A stretch of DNA of 63,985 bases, filler included, from Piptocephalis cylindrospora (GCA_003614145.1; 4 parts of 4 records of this genome joined end to end with filler, not necessarily neighbours in it), one strand, 5' to 3'. Counted from the first letter of the whole stretch, positions 26,388-41,407 are shown. Translations and numbers: made by a program. Notes: generated from the letters alone by a model not told the origin.

Positions 26388-27048
26388 TCACTCCTCAATG
26401 GTCATCACATTGGGCTTGGCAACCTTGGCTTTCGCGCTAGGCTGAGAGATCTCATCCGAAGCCTCTGACTCCACTCGATCCTGCCCAATCTTTAGGCTCT
26501 TGGCCTCATCCTGGACCCCAGATCCCTCTTGTGCTTCTTCATTATTCTGTTTCTTTGCTCCATGCTTCCGCTTCTGTCGCTTTGCCCGTCGTTTCGCCGT
26601 CTTGGACTCGTCCTCGGACCGGAGGCTTGCTAGCTTCTCCTGGAATTCCTTCTCTTCCCGTTGTTTCCGGGCCTCTTCCTCCATTAGATTGATGCGTGTC
26701 ATTTCTCGACGACGATGAGCCCGATACACATGAAACTCCCCGCTCCCTGCGCCTGCCACACTTCCTATATGGATACGCGAGCATCATCATGTTAGTATTT
26801 AGAGGAGGGGTAGCTGATCCACGATCCCGACCTCACTTACCTTGGATGTTATGCTGAAATTCCCCCATCTTGGGTGGTCTCTTAGCGCGAGTGGCGTTGG
26901 GCAGATGAACCAGTTTGGAGGGATCCTTCATCAATCGTTCTAATTGTCGTTTCTGCTCATCAACTGCTGTGAGTATCTTTTTTGTCTTCTTTTCCTCATC
27001 TCCTTCTTGAGTGGCCTTGCTGGGCTTATGTGGTGGTGATGGGGACAT
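26388..27048 (-). CDS. PRKRIP1: PRKR-interacting protein 1 (DUF1168), spliceosome-associated
   Basis: NIQG|SVAGAGSGEFHVYRAHRRRE and KTAKRRAKRQKRK. Confidence 0.85.
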
Positions 27049-27562
27049 GAATATACCTGAGTGCACGATGGGATGAATAGTAGATGTGAATAGACGAGTG
27101 TTTGAAGGGAGGGACCAAGAGAGTCGCTGTTATTATTGTTGGAGTTATCATAGCTAGGGGCCGCCTTGCTTGAGATCATCCACATATAGATCAGAGCCCT
27201 TCTGGGTCTACAAAGCTTCTGTTTGTGGAGGGCAGAACCATGCAGAGTGTTATAGACCTCTCCCTCGTCTAACCAGATGTCTGGGCACTGTTAATTGACT
27301 TAAAAACCACGTCAAATTATACGACCGCACGCTTCAATTTTGAATGCTCTGTCCACATTGCCAGCCCACACATATATCTCAATCCCTCTCCCCCTCACCT
27401 TTTCCCTTTTTTCTTCTTTTTTCTAGTACCCACACACTGTATCCCCCTCAAGGCACTTTACTTTGTGAGTGTGTGCAATGAGGTGTCAACGACGGTCTAC
27501 TCCCCCCCCCCTCTCCCTTCTCTTCCCCTCCCCTCTTTCGCCCCCACCCAACCGCTTTCATC

Positions 27563-29028
27563 ATGCCACCTTCCTATTCTATCGAAGGCATTGAGGTGGG
27601 TACTTGTTTGAAAAACGGACGTGTTTGTACAACCCCGCTTACCTTGTCTTATCCCCCCATCTAGAACCGTTTGGCACGCCATGCCCAGAGGTTTGACGCT
27701 CTCTTGGGCACGATCCCAGCCAAGCTGTATCTTCCGGATGGTGGGGCTACTGAGGACTCCGAGGCAAAGAAGAGCAAGCAGCCACAGTACCCATCGTGGA
27801 AGCGTGTGGGATCGGAAGAAGCCAAGGAGAAGGCCAAGGCTGCCAAGCGGGCCAAGCTTGATCCTGAAAATCATCGGACTATTCTAGAGATCCAGCAGCA
27901 AAAGGTCCAGGAAAGTAAAGCATCCTCTGACCATGCCCCAGCCACTGTGCTATCCAAGGGAAAGAGCAAGGGCAAACGATCCAATGGATCCGATGAATCC
28001 TCGGATCAGGGAGGAGCGGATGACACCGCCTCTGATCTCTCTCTGGATCAGTTTGGCCGACCCCTCCCGGACTTTTCTGATACCATGTCTGATGATGAGG
28101 ACAGGGAGGGACAAAGTGGTCCTGCTTGCCCCATGGCGTCAGCTTCTACGGATGAACTTCAGGCCAAGGTGAAGGCCCGGATCGCTGAACTTCAGGCCTC
28201 GCGAGGCGGTTCAGCCAAGGGAGTCAAGGACCGAGCACGGCTGGCGGAGCAGCGAAAGAAGCGCAAGGAGAGCCGTAAGGAAGCTGCTCGTCTGGCTCGG
28301 GAAAAGGCCGCTTCTGGTGGTAAGCGTGTCGAGACTATCCTGTCCGAGGAGACCAATGGGAAACGCGGTGTTAGTTCTAAGCCTGGGGTCAAGGATGCCC
28401 GGACCATCCGAGAGGATGGGATTATGTCTTACGGTAAGGTTCTCCTTGATGGGGAGGTCACCAAGGCCCGCAAGACCCAAGCTGTGCATGCTTTGAAGAA
28501 GGTATGTTTGGAGATGGAAAGAAAGAGGGAGAGGGAGAGGGAGAGGGGGTACTTGACAGTGGCAGTAGGATTGTATCCACTCATGCTCCCCCTAAATCAC
28601 CTGCATAGCTCGAAGAAAAGAAAGAAAAGACCGCAGCTCTGATGAGCAAGAACCCAGAAAAGGCATCTCAGGTTCTGGAGAAAGAAAGATGGAGAAAGGC
28701 CGTGGCGATGGCCGAGGGTGAGAAGCCCAAGGATGACGAGGCCCTCCTCCGACGGGCTATCAAGCGCACGGAAGGTGAGAAGCGCAAGAGCTCCAAGGAG
28801 TGGAGTGATCGGAAAAAGACCATTAGCATGGCCCAGAAGAAGAAGGCCGATAAACGTAATGAAAACATCAAGGCCCGCATTGATGAAGTCAAGGCTCGCA
28901 AGATGAACGGTGGCAAGAAGGTCAAGAAGCCCGCTGGTGCTTCCAAAAAGGCCCGACCTGGCTTTGAAGGGAAAAATACCGGAAAATCCGGAGGCCCTGC
29001 AAAGTCTAAGAGCAAGGGCAGGAAATAA
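27563..29028 (+). CDS. RRP14: Rrp14/SURF6 nucleolar protein
   Basis: RHAQRFDALLGTIPAKLY, AKRAKLDPE, and SURF6 domain WRKAVAMAEGEKPKDDEALLRRAIKR..KSSKEWSDR..RPGFEG. Confidence 0.9.
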
Positions 29029-29884
29029 GGGGCGCTTGGTAAGGGTGTGATGCATAGAACGGTGTAAGGAGGGGAGGTAGTTTACAGATGGTCAGGGTTG
29101 GAGACTGGGCGCCTCTAAGGGGAAGAATGTGTCACCATACAATACGTTTATTCCAATTTGCTGATAGGCTTTTGTCAGTAGATGTATACTCTTCATGGAG
29201 ATGATAAATCAATGTCAAAGAGAGGGGACGCTCATCCAACACCTGCGGCTATGTCTCTTCCAGCGTATTGCATATCCTTTCTCTGGAGCATATAAGAAAC
29301 TAAAGACAGGGGGGGGGCTGCTAGAATGTCAAAGCAGGTGGTGGATGCAAGCCACCCTGAATCCCTGAATTCTTGAATCAACCTTATCTCATTCTGGGCC
29401 TGGGCAACGCCAAAAAAAATGATAGGTACTCTTTAGGAGAGTATGTTGCTAAATTAGGCAGGTGGATGCAGGTGAAGAATAGGCTTGTCCGTGTGATATG
29501 CAACCTCTCCTTGATATGTTGTGCTATTCCTGGACGTCATGCGCGAGGGTATACATCCAGGGTGGGATACCGCCTTCGGAAGGGGCGCAAGTATTATAGA
29601 CGCTTTACATTGTTTTTTTGTGTAAGATAACTAAAGCAAAATAACTGACAAGAATGGTTCACACTAAGACCTACTTGAAAGGTATAAATGTAGATGATAA
29701 TCTGAACGATACTTCTGATTTCATCTCCAGTGCTTCCCAATTAACCCACCCTTCTCTCTTATTTCGATCCTTTTTGCGCCCACACTCCATTCGCTTGTAT
29801 CGGCTGGCCCGTTCTCTTCATTCGCCCTATCTCATCCCATCTCTAGGTACATCATCTCTCTCTCTCTTCATCATACCATACGCC

Positions 29885-30511
29885 ATGAACTCCTCCAAAA
29901 ACAGAATGTCAACCCCTGGTCCCCAGAAGAAAATGCTTCCTCCAAGTTATCCTCATACCAGGAATTCACCCGTTCCCACCCACATGGACCGATCCCGTCG
30001 GATGGGGGGCATCTTCCATCAACCCATCGCTTTATCTCTTCATCCTCAGGCTCCACCCATGACCCAATCGATTAAGCGTGTGCCTCAGATCATTAAAGGC
30101 TCTCAGTCCGACGATGTAGCCTTAAAGCAAGAGACTCACTCGATCCACCACTTGGTTGACCGCACCATGGATCATCACAACATTCCTTACGTCTGCATGT
30201 CGGATGAAGACGATATCCCCACCCGTCCATGCTCCCTATGCGATAGCGACAGTGATGCAGATGAGGAGGGAGAGGAGGAATTGGAAGAGAATGACAAAGA
30301 GGAAGATCAGTTCCTAGATGCCTTTCTTTCCTTCTACACTCACCCTACTATCATTCCGCCATTCCCTATGCCCCGAAGTCACTCTGGCCCAGGCAAGAAA
30401 ACCACTCTTCCAGAAACGCGTGTTCATCTTCATCAGGCTAGTGCTCTGGACAAGCTCCTCAAGGGCCATGGAGGTACTGTAAGGTGCACTATGACCAATT
30501 CCTCTGTGTAA
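29885..30511 (+). CDS. Hypothetical low-complexity protein
   Basis: ATG in GCCATG context, TATAAA near 29683, acidic tract, C-terminal LDKLLKGHGGTVRCTMT. Confidence 0.5.
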   Translation: MNSSKNRMSTPGPQKKMLPPSYPHTRNSPVPTHMDRSRRMGGIFHQPIALSLHPQAPPMTQSIKRVPQIIKGSQSDDVALKQETHSIHHLVDRTMDHHNIPYVCMSDEDDIPTRPCSLCDSDSDADEEGEEELEENDKEEDQFLDAFLSFYTHPTIIPPFPMPRSHSGPGKKTTLPETRVHLHQASALDKLLKGHGGTVRCTMTNSSV

Positions 30512-31294
30512 AGCCTCATACCTTGCATCTCCCCTCTCCCTGATCCTGTCCATACCACATTTTCTGCATTTGCATCTCATCATCCCTAAACAACCTTATC
30601 CCCCAGCACGTACAATTTTACCTCATTTTCTTCTTTTCTTTCCATCTCGCGTGCTTTTATGCAAGAGTCATTTTGTTCGTTCTCATCTGGTTCTCCCAAA
30701 CCTATTCAAGCATCACGCTCATAGCCAAAAGGGAAAATTCGCCATGGCCACTGCTGGTGGATCAGTTATCAGATTCTTTGAAGTGGGTTGGGTCGGAAAA
30801 GCCATTTATTAGCTATCCATTTGAAAATAAAAATTGAGGAAGCATTGTCTTGACAAAGGCAAATAGGACCTGACCGCCAGCTACCTCATACGATGAAAAG
30901 TCACTGTTACCAAAGGGAATTTCTCTCCAGTGTGTATCTCAACTTCATACCAGATACCTTTCACCAGTGGCAGCCCCTGCGTTTCAGTCCCGCCTACAAT
31001 TCCCATCCAGCACAATCATCATCACCCCATCCAGTCGGACTTTATCTCATCCCCATCTCGCCTTTAAAGCCTGAACTCTCTCCAGCATGAATTATCCCAG
31101 CATTCTTGGACCCGCCCTCCTATTTCCTTCCCTCCCGTGCCCCCCTCCATCCCCTCCCCCTCGCCTAACCTTTATCTACTTCATCTTTTCTCTCTGGTAT
31201 TGAAACACCACCTCCAAATTCTCTTCTGGCGTTGCTGTGCATACGCCCCATCCATCCATCCTCTACCCAACCCATCTTGCCCCACTGCACCACC

Positions 31295-31870
31295 ATGCAC
31301 CATCTCTTCCTCCTTACCCTCCTGACCCTGACCGTCATTAAAGTCTCGGGGAAAATCACTCCACAAATCTGGAGCCCTGACAAGAAGGCTCCCACCACCA
31401 ATCCAGAGGATACAAAGACTGGCTTCTTTGCCTTCAAACACCGATTAACTGGCTACTACCTAGGAGTGTATACGAACCCTGGATCATTGGATGGGAAGCT
31501 AGTGGCCATGCCTAGGATCCATATTGTTGACCCAAAATTCCCCACCATGTCCATGCTCTTCCAGCTGGATGAATCCCACTTTGTGGACAATAAGGCTCAG
31601 CTCCTCGTAGCTAGTACCGCTACACCCGGTAACTTCACCTGTCCCCAGTACACCAACGATGGTATGCAGCTATCCACCCATGAATGCAAGTTTGATCGAA
31701 GTGACGAACAGCTTCAGCAGTGGATCGTCAAGTCTGCTGACCAGACCGCCGTCAACGTTAATATCATCCCAAACAACCTTCGTACTTGCTTGTCTATCCC
31801 CTCCAAGAATGGATCACTCACTCTTTGGGATTGCAATCGGTACGAATCTCTCTGGGTGATTGTTCACTAA
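31295..31870 (+). CDS. Secreted ricin-B/beta-trefoil lectin-like protein (191 aa)
   Basis: Signal peptide MHHLFLLTLLTLTVIKVSG, two C-x14-C pairs, QQW, CLSI...LTLWDC. Confidence 0.7.
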   Translation: MHHLFLLTLLTLTVIKVSGKITPQIWSPDKKAPTTNPEDTKTGFFAFKHRLTGYYLGVYTNPGSLDGKLVAMPRIHIVDPKFPTMSMLFQLDESHFVDNKAQLLVASTATPGNFTCPQYTNDGMQLSTHECKFDRSDEQLQQWIVKSADQTAVNVNIIPNNLRTCLSIPSKNGSLTLWDCNRYESLWVIVH

Positions 31871-32685
31871 CCAAGAATCGCTGCGCTCGATGTTTGGTGT
31901 GCATAAGTTTTTCTGTGCGTCTTGAAAGACAGAGGCTATCCTATACAATAGACAAATTCCCGGGTCCGGGACATGTCGATCATGTGTGGTTCCCCTGGAC
32001 CCTCCTTTTTGTCCTTTAAAGACCCTTTTTTTCCCTGTCTCCCATGGATGAATCATCATGGGACAAGTGTCGCTTTTCCTTGTGTAGCCCCTGCACGCCT
32101 CCATGATGCAAGGGTTCAGGGGTTCAGGGTCTTTTCAGGGTCTCCCTGAGAGAGACTCATGTTGAGGAGATAGGGGAGTACAGAGTACTACTCTAGAGCT
32201 TTCCCAAAACATTGGCCTCTATGAGCCCCATCCCCTCTCTCCCACCCCTCTCGTCTTCCCCCTCGAGGGCCAGGAGGGTGGTAAAGGGGGAAGACAATTC
32301 ATCCATATCCTCGCGCTTTTCCCTCTCCTACCCCTTCCTCCCCCATCTAATCATTCTTGCTTAGGATGAGACGGGTCTCCTCTCATCTCCTTTATTCTAC
32401 TTTACTCTACTCTACTCCTAATCCTCGCTAGGTAATCGTGACCTCATCTCAAAGCACCCTAAATACCACATGTTTAAATACATTGCTTTGCCTCTACATG
32501 ATCATGATCTCATTTTCTCCTCTTTACCTGCTTTCTTCATCCCATTCGCCTCTCCATCCGCTCCTCTCCATTCCTTCAATCCTCCAAGCTCTTCATTTCC
32601 TTGATCCTGCACATCGACTCCCTTCACTCGCCGCCCTCATTTCCACACCCTCCCGTCCCCTCCGACTCCTCATCCCCCCATTAAC

Positions 32686-34316
32686 ATGGGTTCCACTTCC
32701 AGGAATTACGAGCTCCCAGGCTGGCCTTCCTTCAAGAGCCCTCCGAGACAAGCTCCCTTGCCCCAGAGGAAATCATCCCTCACTGCAAGTTCCTGGTTTG
32801 AGCGTCGATCGCTCCGTGGTCGATCCATTCACTCCTCGGGTCGATTTCCCCATGCCATGCATCCTCCTCATGTACCCCCCGTCCCCCCCTTGCCCCCTCC
32901 CGGTGTCCTTCGTATCAGGGAGGAGAAGGCAAAGAACCAGGGGAAGGAGCAAGAGCATCGGTCCCTTTCCCCGTCCCGTCCCCTTGGTTCGAGCCCTCCC
33001 CTTTGTTCCGATCGGTGTGACTCATCTCCGCCCGATCGACCTGCATCATCTCCACCCAGCAGGCCTGCACGTCCCGCTCCAGCCCTGCAGAGCCTTCCCG
33101 ATCCCCATCCTCCCGTCCATAGCTCTTCCTTTCGTCTAGGAAAGCCAGGAAGCTTTAGTATCAAGGGTCGACATGCCCATAGTCGTAATACTGCTTCCCC
33201 TCCCTCCTCCTCCCTTCCTTCCCCTTCCCCTCACAAATCATCCTTGTCCAGTGACGCGTCCCCACTGCAACAAACCATGACCATCTCTTCTCCAAAACCC
33301 GTGAAGCCCATCCCCCATTCCGCGGCATACAGCATGGAAAATTACTCTTTCTCCCCCGGGATCAGCTCTCGTTCAGCTGGGACCAAAGCCTCCCCAATGG
33401 TCCTAGCCACAGCCTCAGCTTTCCACCCCCGGTACGGTCATACCTCATTGGAGGAGGATAGAGGAAGGGTGGGGAAACGACGCGGCGGTAACCAGTCCCC
33501 ATCGTATGTCCAACCCACGATCATGGGGAAAGGCTCTCCGGCCCTTCGAAAGCTCAAGGATCTTACCCCTCCCGAGATGAATTATGTTATCTCTGCTCTC
33601 GACGCCATCCTTGCTCGAAACTCGGACGACGTGGAGCACACGGAATGCCCCATCTACGATCGTCGAGAGTCCCAGGATCAAGAAGGCTTTGATGTTCCCC
33701 CAGCACCCACCCCAGCCGATAAGGACCTTGATGACATCATCATGTCCTACGAATGGTCTGGGGAGGGAGATGAGGAGATCGAGGCGGGAGCCGAACGGCT
33801 CACCAAGTCCATTAACTTACAGGAGGCTCGGAAGAGATTACGCGCTGCTGGCAGCTTTAGTCGTATACTTTCCCGTAGCTTTGGGACCATTCAATGCAAA
33901 GTNNNNNNNNNNNNNNNNNNNNNNNNNNNNNNNNNNNNNNNNNNNNTTAATTAATTAANNNNNNNNNNNNNNNNNNNNNNNNNNNNNNNNNNNNNNNNNN
34001 NNAGATCCCTACTCATTTCGTATATCACTTTTCGTAGATCACTTCAGCCCAGAAGGATGAGCTGGCCCGTCTTGCCTACGATCCCTCCCATATTGAGTCG
34101 CTCACCCCACAGCAAGCCCAGATTATCCTCCAGGATCGTCTTTCCCCCCAAGCCTACACCAAGGTCAAGAAGGCCAATTGGCATATGGTGCTAGAACGGC
34201 GTTTACTTCAAGATCAGAGGATGCAACCTGATAATCCTCAATGTATCCATCTCCATGCCCCCTCCATCTACCCCACCTCGAGTCACTGGGGATATGGAGG
34301 TCATCACTCTGCTTAG
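32686..34316 (+). CDS. Pro/Ser-rich hypothetical protein spanning a gap
   Basis: Long ORF ends at a GT just before the gap; after the gap an AG-preceded exon ITSAQKDELARLAYDPSHIESLTPQQAQIIL ends at TAG 34316. Linkage across the gap is assumed. Confidence 0.55.
33903..34002. other. Artificial scaffold linker
   Basis: 44N-TTAATTAATTAA-44N. Confidence 0.97.
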
Positions 34317-34601
34317 AAAGGATGGAGTGGCGTTTTCTTCCATCCTATGTGCTTCATTCGCTAGACCCTTGTTTTTTCCCCTTCCTCCTCCCTTGCCACC
34401 ATCATTTTCCCCCTCTTCATTCTGGACGAGTCTCCATATATACATTTATTTACCATCTGTGTACCTTCTTTGTTTTATCGATCATTGTGTGCAAAAGGAA
34501 ATGGTGGGTCAAGAGAGAAAAGTGGATTCATTCAGCTGCATCAAAGGCACCCCCCCTCTCTTCTCTCCCATCATCTCGCATCGTTCCCCTAGGCCATCGC
34601 G

Positions 34602-36066
<1,465 letters not shown>

Positions 36067-36515
36067 TTAAGAGGTCAGAGAGAGAGGGGCGGTGGACGGA
36101 CGCAGGGTAGAAAGGGAGGGGGGGATCGATATGGATGGGTGATAATTCCCAGTATTAGAACCAGTCAGTGCAAGTGAGGATGAGGATGAAACCTCTCGTA
36201 GATAAATGGGTGTGAGTGGGGTCAAGTGAGGTGGAGCGGAGGAGGGGAGAGGTGGAAGAGGGCAGAGGTGTGAACCATAAAGTGTGTGTGTGTGTGTGTG
36301 TGAATCATGGAGAATGAAGAGAAATCTCTCCAGCACATATGCATACACACATGCACACACATACACACACTACATATATAGACTTGAATGTCGACAAAAG
36401 AGCATGCAAGCATCAGTCTAGCACTAAAGTCAAGATTAAAAAAGCATAGTTCTTGAATGGACATGGATACATAATATTGATTAGGAAAAAGGGAGAGGCC
36501 AGTAGGACACATTCA

Positions 36516-37723
36516 TCATCTATCATTCACTCCCCAAATAAACACACTTCCATCAAAGGAAGAGGAAAGGACGCTTTGACCCTTTGGATGAGCGGCAACC
36601 GCCGTAACGGATTTTTTGTGAGCCGAGATATCCCTGACCACTTTTCCCTGAGGATGAGATGAATGAGATAGGGAAGGGAGGGGAGTTCCTGATCAATGAT
36701 GGAAAAGCTATTCTTGACACTTACCGCAAGGATATCCCAAACAACTAGTCTTCCATCCTCGGAACCACTTAAGACATGGGCATCATCGTGACCAAAGCAA
36801 GCTCGAACCTTACTAGATGCATTAGCATGGCCCTTGAAGGTAGCTAGGGCCGAACCATCCTCTCGGTCCATCAACCGTACCCGATCATCCAAGGTGCAGG
36901 TCAGAATACACCTTTCATCCTTGGAGGGAGAGATATGAGTGACTGGAGCTGTCATTGGGGAGGGGAAGTGATGTAGAGTGAGCGGTGAGAAGAGGGAACG
37001 TATAGGCCAAGACGTACCTCCAATACAATCCGAGGTCAAGGAACCCCCAGCGCGTAGATCGTATGCCCGAACCTCCTCGTCCACCGATCTACACAGAAAG
37101 ATGAATAAGAGCGAGACGCATCCCCCTCCCCTCCCTTCCCCTCCCCCCATTCTCCCTCACCCCAACTTACCCAGAGAAGATGGTGTTGGAAGTGATGACC
37201 AGAGAGGTGACACTATCCTTGGCCTCCTTTAGAGTCTGGATGGGCATACGAGCAATGGCACGGCAATCCCATAGATTAACAGTGGTATCATACGAACCGG
37301 TTGCAATGACCGAGGCATCCTGATTCAGGGCTACAGCGTTGACCCTCTGTTGTGGGGATGAGCAGAGGATACAAAAAGAGAAAAGGTCATACGCCTTCTC
37401 CCTCCCAGGCTTACCTGAGTATGGCCAGGAAAGCGTCGTAGTACTTGACCCGTGGCCACATCCCATAGAAAGGCGCTTCGATCTCCTCCACAGCTGGCAA
37501 AGGTAGAGTTGTCCTGGGCGACACACACATCCAGGACCTCCCACCCATGTCCCGTGTAAGTCTTGACCAGGGCACCAGTCCCGGCATTGTACAGACGAAT
37601 CAGTCGGTCCTGGCATCCGGTGAGGGCATAAGCGCCGTCTGAGGAGTAGACTGCGGCGTGGACCGGGCCTCCGTGACCCTGAAGTGAGTGAGTCACCTTA
37701 CCCGGAATGGCTGAGGAAGGCAT
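36516..37723 (-). CDS. WDR83: WD40 protein WDR83/MORG1
   Basis: LTGCQDRLIRLYN, TYTGHGWEVLDV, SCGGDRSAFLWDVATG, PIQTLKEAKDSV, SGSEDG. Confidence 0.9.
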
Positions 37724-38298
37724 GTGCGAAGACAATGAGGGGATAGAGGAGGTGGAGGGAGAGGAGGGGACCAGACACCTGAGTCAGCGCCTATATTGAC
37801 TAGTGTGGTAAGGATAAGAACGCGTCCTTCTGCTTGAAGAGGATAGACATGATCACACAGAATGTGACACCATCTTTCAAAAGACCAGGGGCCTTTGCCA
37901 TTGGTTGCCTACTCCGATGAATCAGATTTGTGTGAGTCATCATCCTCGAACATGTGTGTGTCCTATGAAACCAGTACGTAAGCTTTTCGTGTATAAGGAA
38001 TAATCCCTTTCAACTATAAGACACGTACACACACATACTGGTTGGTTGATGACACACTTTCTCTCCGTCTCCCCCCTTTTCTCACTTGCCCCATAGGCTT
38101 TCCCAGCGTGATACAAAGACCAGAAGGATGCTTTTGCTACGTACCGCCTTTCCCCGACACCCTCGTCCCGTCTATAAAAGTGCATGGATTCATCGGTCCT
38201 TGTCCGCCCCCACCGCACCTCATCACCACCTCATACCTTCTCACCGTCTCACCCCCCATCACCGCCCTACTCCAGCCCTTCTAGCCTCAGCCTCCACC

Positions 38299-39521
38299 AT
38301 GTCTTCTTCCTCGGATAACAACACTCCCTCCAAACTCCCAAATATCCTTCAATGGGGGAATTCCAAAACGGGGGAGTTTGTCCGAAAGGACTCTGCCTTC
38401 CGGGACACCCTCTCGACAAACCCCAATGATCGTTTCTACGCTGAGCCGTAAGTGAAAGGGAGTGTGGCGAGATAAGATTGCATCATGAGAGAGGACTCAC
38501 CCCCTCTCCGTGCGCGTGTAGTGGTCGATACCACCTGTATGTCAGCTACGCCTGTCCCTGGGCCCATCGTACGCTCATGGTCCGTGCCCTCAAGGGTCTT
38601 GAGGATATCATTGGACTTTCCGTGGTGGATGTACGTAGTCTTTGTTCATGCTCTCACGGTCCCGCTCCTACTCATGACCCGCCACCTTCGCTCATGGATA
38701 GTACTACATGGGAGAAAAGGGCTGGAAGTTCAGTACAGCTGAAGAGACGCCAGGATGCATCCCTGACCCCTTGTACCAGGCCCAGTACATCCGAGAGCTG
38801 TACTTTAAGGCCAACAGTAACTACGATGGTCGTTTTACCGTGCCAGTCCTGTGGGATACCAAGCACGAGACGATTGGTAAGTCAGCCCCCCCCTGGGGGG
38901 AGGGGAGGGATGTAGACATCAAACTCTGTGCTGCCGACTCACACACACCACTCTGCCCTGTGGATGAATAGTGAACAATGAAAGCTCCGAGATCATTCGC
39001 ATGTTCAACTCGGCCTTTGACTCCCATCTCCCCAAGAAGCTCCAGGGGGTGAGCTATTATCCTGAGAAGCTTCGTGCAGAGATTGACGAGGTCAATGGTT
39101 GGATCTACGATACGATCAATAATGGGGTGTACAAAGCAGGGTTTGCCACGCAACAGGAGGCATATGCCAAGAATGCACAGGGAGTGTTTGCATCCCTGGA
39201 CCGGGTCGAGGATATGCTGTCTGACCACCGATCCTACCTGGTGGGTGGAGAGCTGACCGAGGTGGATATCCGGCTCTTCACCACGATTGTCCGGTTCGAC
39301 CCCGTCTATCACGGACACTTTAAATGCAACCTACGGTCGATTGGCGCGGACTATCCCCATCTCCTTCGGTGGCTCCGTCGGATCTACCAGCTTCCACACG
39401 TCAAGGACACGGTTAACATGGAGCACATTAAGGGGCATTACTACAAGAGCCACAGGCAGATCAATCCCTACGGCATTGTCCCTATTGGAAATGGCCCTGA
39501 TTTAGATGTGAAGATTGAGTG

Positions 39522-39522
<1 letters not shown>
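38299..39522 (+). CDS. ECM4: Glutathionyl-hydroquinone reductase / omega-class GST
   Basis: [69 protein letters not shown]. Confidence 0.95.

Positions 39523-39553
<31 letters not shown>
39523..39553. repeat. (TG)n microsatellite
   Basis: Perfect TG run immediately after the ECM4 stop codon. Confidence 0.9.
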
Positions 39554-39555
<2 letters not shown>

Positions 39556-39728
39556 GTGTCTATGTCTGATGTTCAAGGGAGAGAGAGAGGAGAGGAGAGA
39601 AGTAGTACAGATAAAATGGTTGAACTGTGTGGACTTTTACTTTTGTTTCCCTGGTATGGATTGCCAGTCCCCACCACCCCCGATCCCCCCACACAACGAT
39701 ACTACCTCCTTGATTACTACCTCCTTGA

Positions 39729-41068
39729 TTAAAGACCATTTCGGACATTGTCATAGTGACTAAAAGGATACTTGAGGTGGGGAGGGGAGGTGTCGACGCC
39801 TCCGGCAAAGGCTTCTTGGGCCACGGCAAGTAAATTGGTACCGGATTGGACTGGACGATCACCACTCAGCTCCCAGGCCATGATGCCGGCGAGTCCCAAG
39901 TCCCGGGCCCATTGGGCCTTGAGATTGATGATGGCTGGGGTGTCGTAGGAGACGAGTTCACGGGTCTGTGGGTCATAGGACCAGCTGGCTCCCATCTGCA
40001 GGTCTTCGTGGACCGATGCACCTGGTTTGGGCAGATCCTTGTAATCGTAGATCCCAGCCTCCCAAGTACCCTTACCGACACCGGAAAAGGAGGAGCCAAT
40101 ACCGTTGGTATTTTCAAAGGCCCTTCCATAAAGGGGGATACCCAGGACAAGCTGGTGGGCCGGGACCCGGGCATTCAGGTAGTATTGAACGGCCGAGGCG
40201 ACGGACAAGGACCCGCCAAACAGGTTGGCTTGATGACCCACCGTGGATTCCCAGCTTCTGCAGAGGGGGAGGGAGATGGAGTGGTGAGTAGGAGGACACG
40301 GTCTCCTCGTTGATGAATATGAAAGACACTTACCCGGAAAAGTCGTAGGCCATGAGGTAAAAGAGGTCGACGACCTGAGCCATCTCCTGGAGGGGGAGAA
40401 GAGAGTAATTTTGGGGGCCACAAGGCATGGCACATGTCAGGATGTAAGGGTTATCCGGGGTACCGCTCTGTTTGGCGTAGTCGTTCAAGGCGGCACGAAG
40501 ATCGCGGAGAAGAGCGAGAAATTGACGGCCTTCTCCCTGGCTCTTTGGATATTCCTTAGGGGAAGAAAGAGGATAGGGGAAGGGGGGGGGGATGAGTGAA
40601 AAGAAAAGAAGAGGACAGCGGGAACAAGGAGCGACTTACCCAGTCAATGTCCAGACCATCCAATCCAAGATCAGCCAAGAGCGTCATGGCGGAGGTGACG
40701 AATTTGCGTTGCTTGGTGGGGTCCGCGGTGACTTGGGCAAATTGAGAGGAAAAGGACCAGCCACCGATGCTCAGGGTCAGCTTTAGCGGATGCTTCTTCT
40801 TGATCAAGTTGAGCTGCTTCATGTTTCCATACAGATTCTTCCCAGGCTCATCCCACCTATCGCCCTCCCAGTGCTTGTCGGTGTCTGCCCACGCATCCGA
40901 CAGGAAGACGGTCCCGTCCTCACGGACGTTGGCAAAGGCATAGAGGAGGTGGGAGAGGTTGGCTGCGGGGATGCTCGAGGGTGGAAAGGAACGCGCGTAG
41001 ATGGACCAGGAGGTATAGTATCCAGCCAGAACGGTGCCATTTCTAGGTCGAGGAAAGGAGGACTGCAT
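39729..41068 (-). CDS. GH18 chitinase (subgroup A), no evident signal peptide
   Basis: GYYTSWSIYAR, HLLYAFANV, SIGGWS, catalytic DGLDIDW|EYP, LMAYDF, LGIPLYGRAF, SYDTP, IMAWELSGD. Start codon uncertain. Confidence 0.95.
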
Positions 41069-41365
41069 GCTAAAGAAGGAGAATGACAGAGAGAGAAAGC
41101 GATGTGATGATAACAGGTAGTGTGGATGGAGCAAGTGATGTAAATGACTCAGAACGCGGCCACGCTTCTAATAAGCGGTCTTTTAAACGTGTTGTTGATG
41201 AAGCCCAGCGGCTCGGACGAAGAGGGGGGAGGGGTAAATCTGGAAGATCATAGTGGAAGAGGAGGGCGTGTTTTCATCCAACGTTCCCCCTTCAAAGTAT
41301 AAGAGCTACGGCTCACAATGACATCTACACCGACTTCCATGCATCACAACCAAGGGATAGAGTGT

Positions 41366-41407
41366 GGGCTGGGCTGGGCTGGGCTGAGCTGAGCTGAGCT
41401 GGGCTGG
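41366..41407. repeat. GGGCT/GAGCT pentamer microsatellite
   Basis: About eight tandem pentamers upstream of the chitinase. Confidence 0.85.

Noticed and set aside
41366..41407. Resemblance to immunoglobulin switch pentamers GAGCT/GGGCT
   Set aside because: A short microsatellite; the similarity is coincidental.
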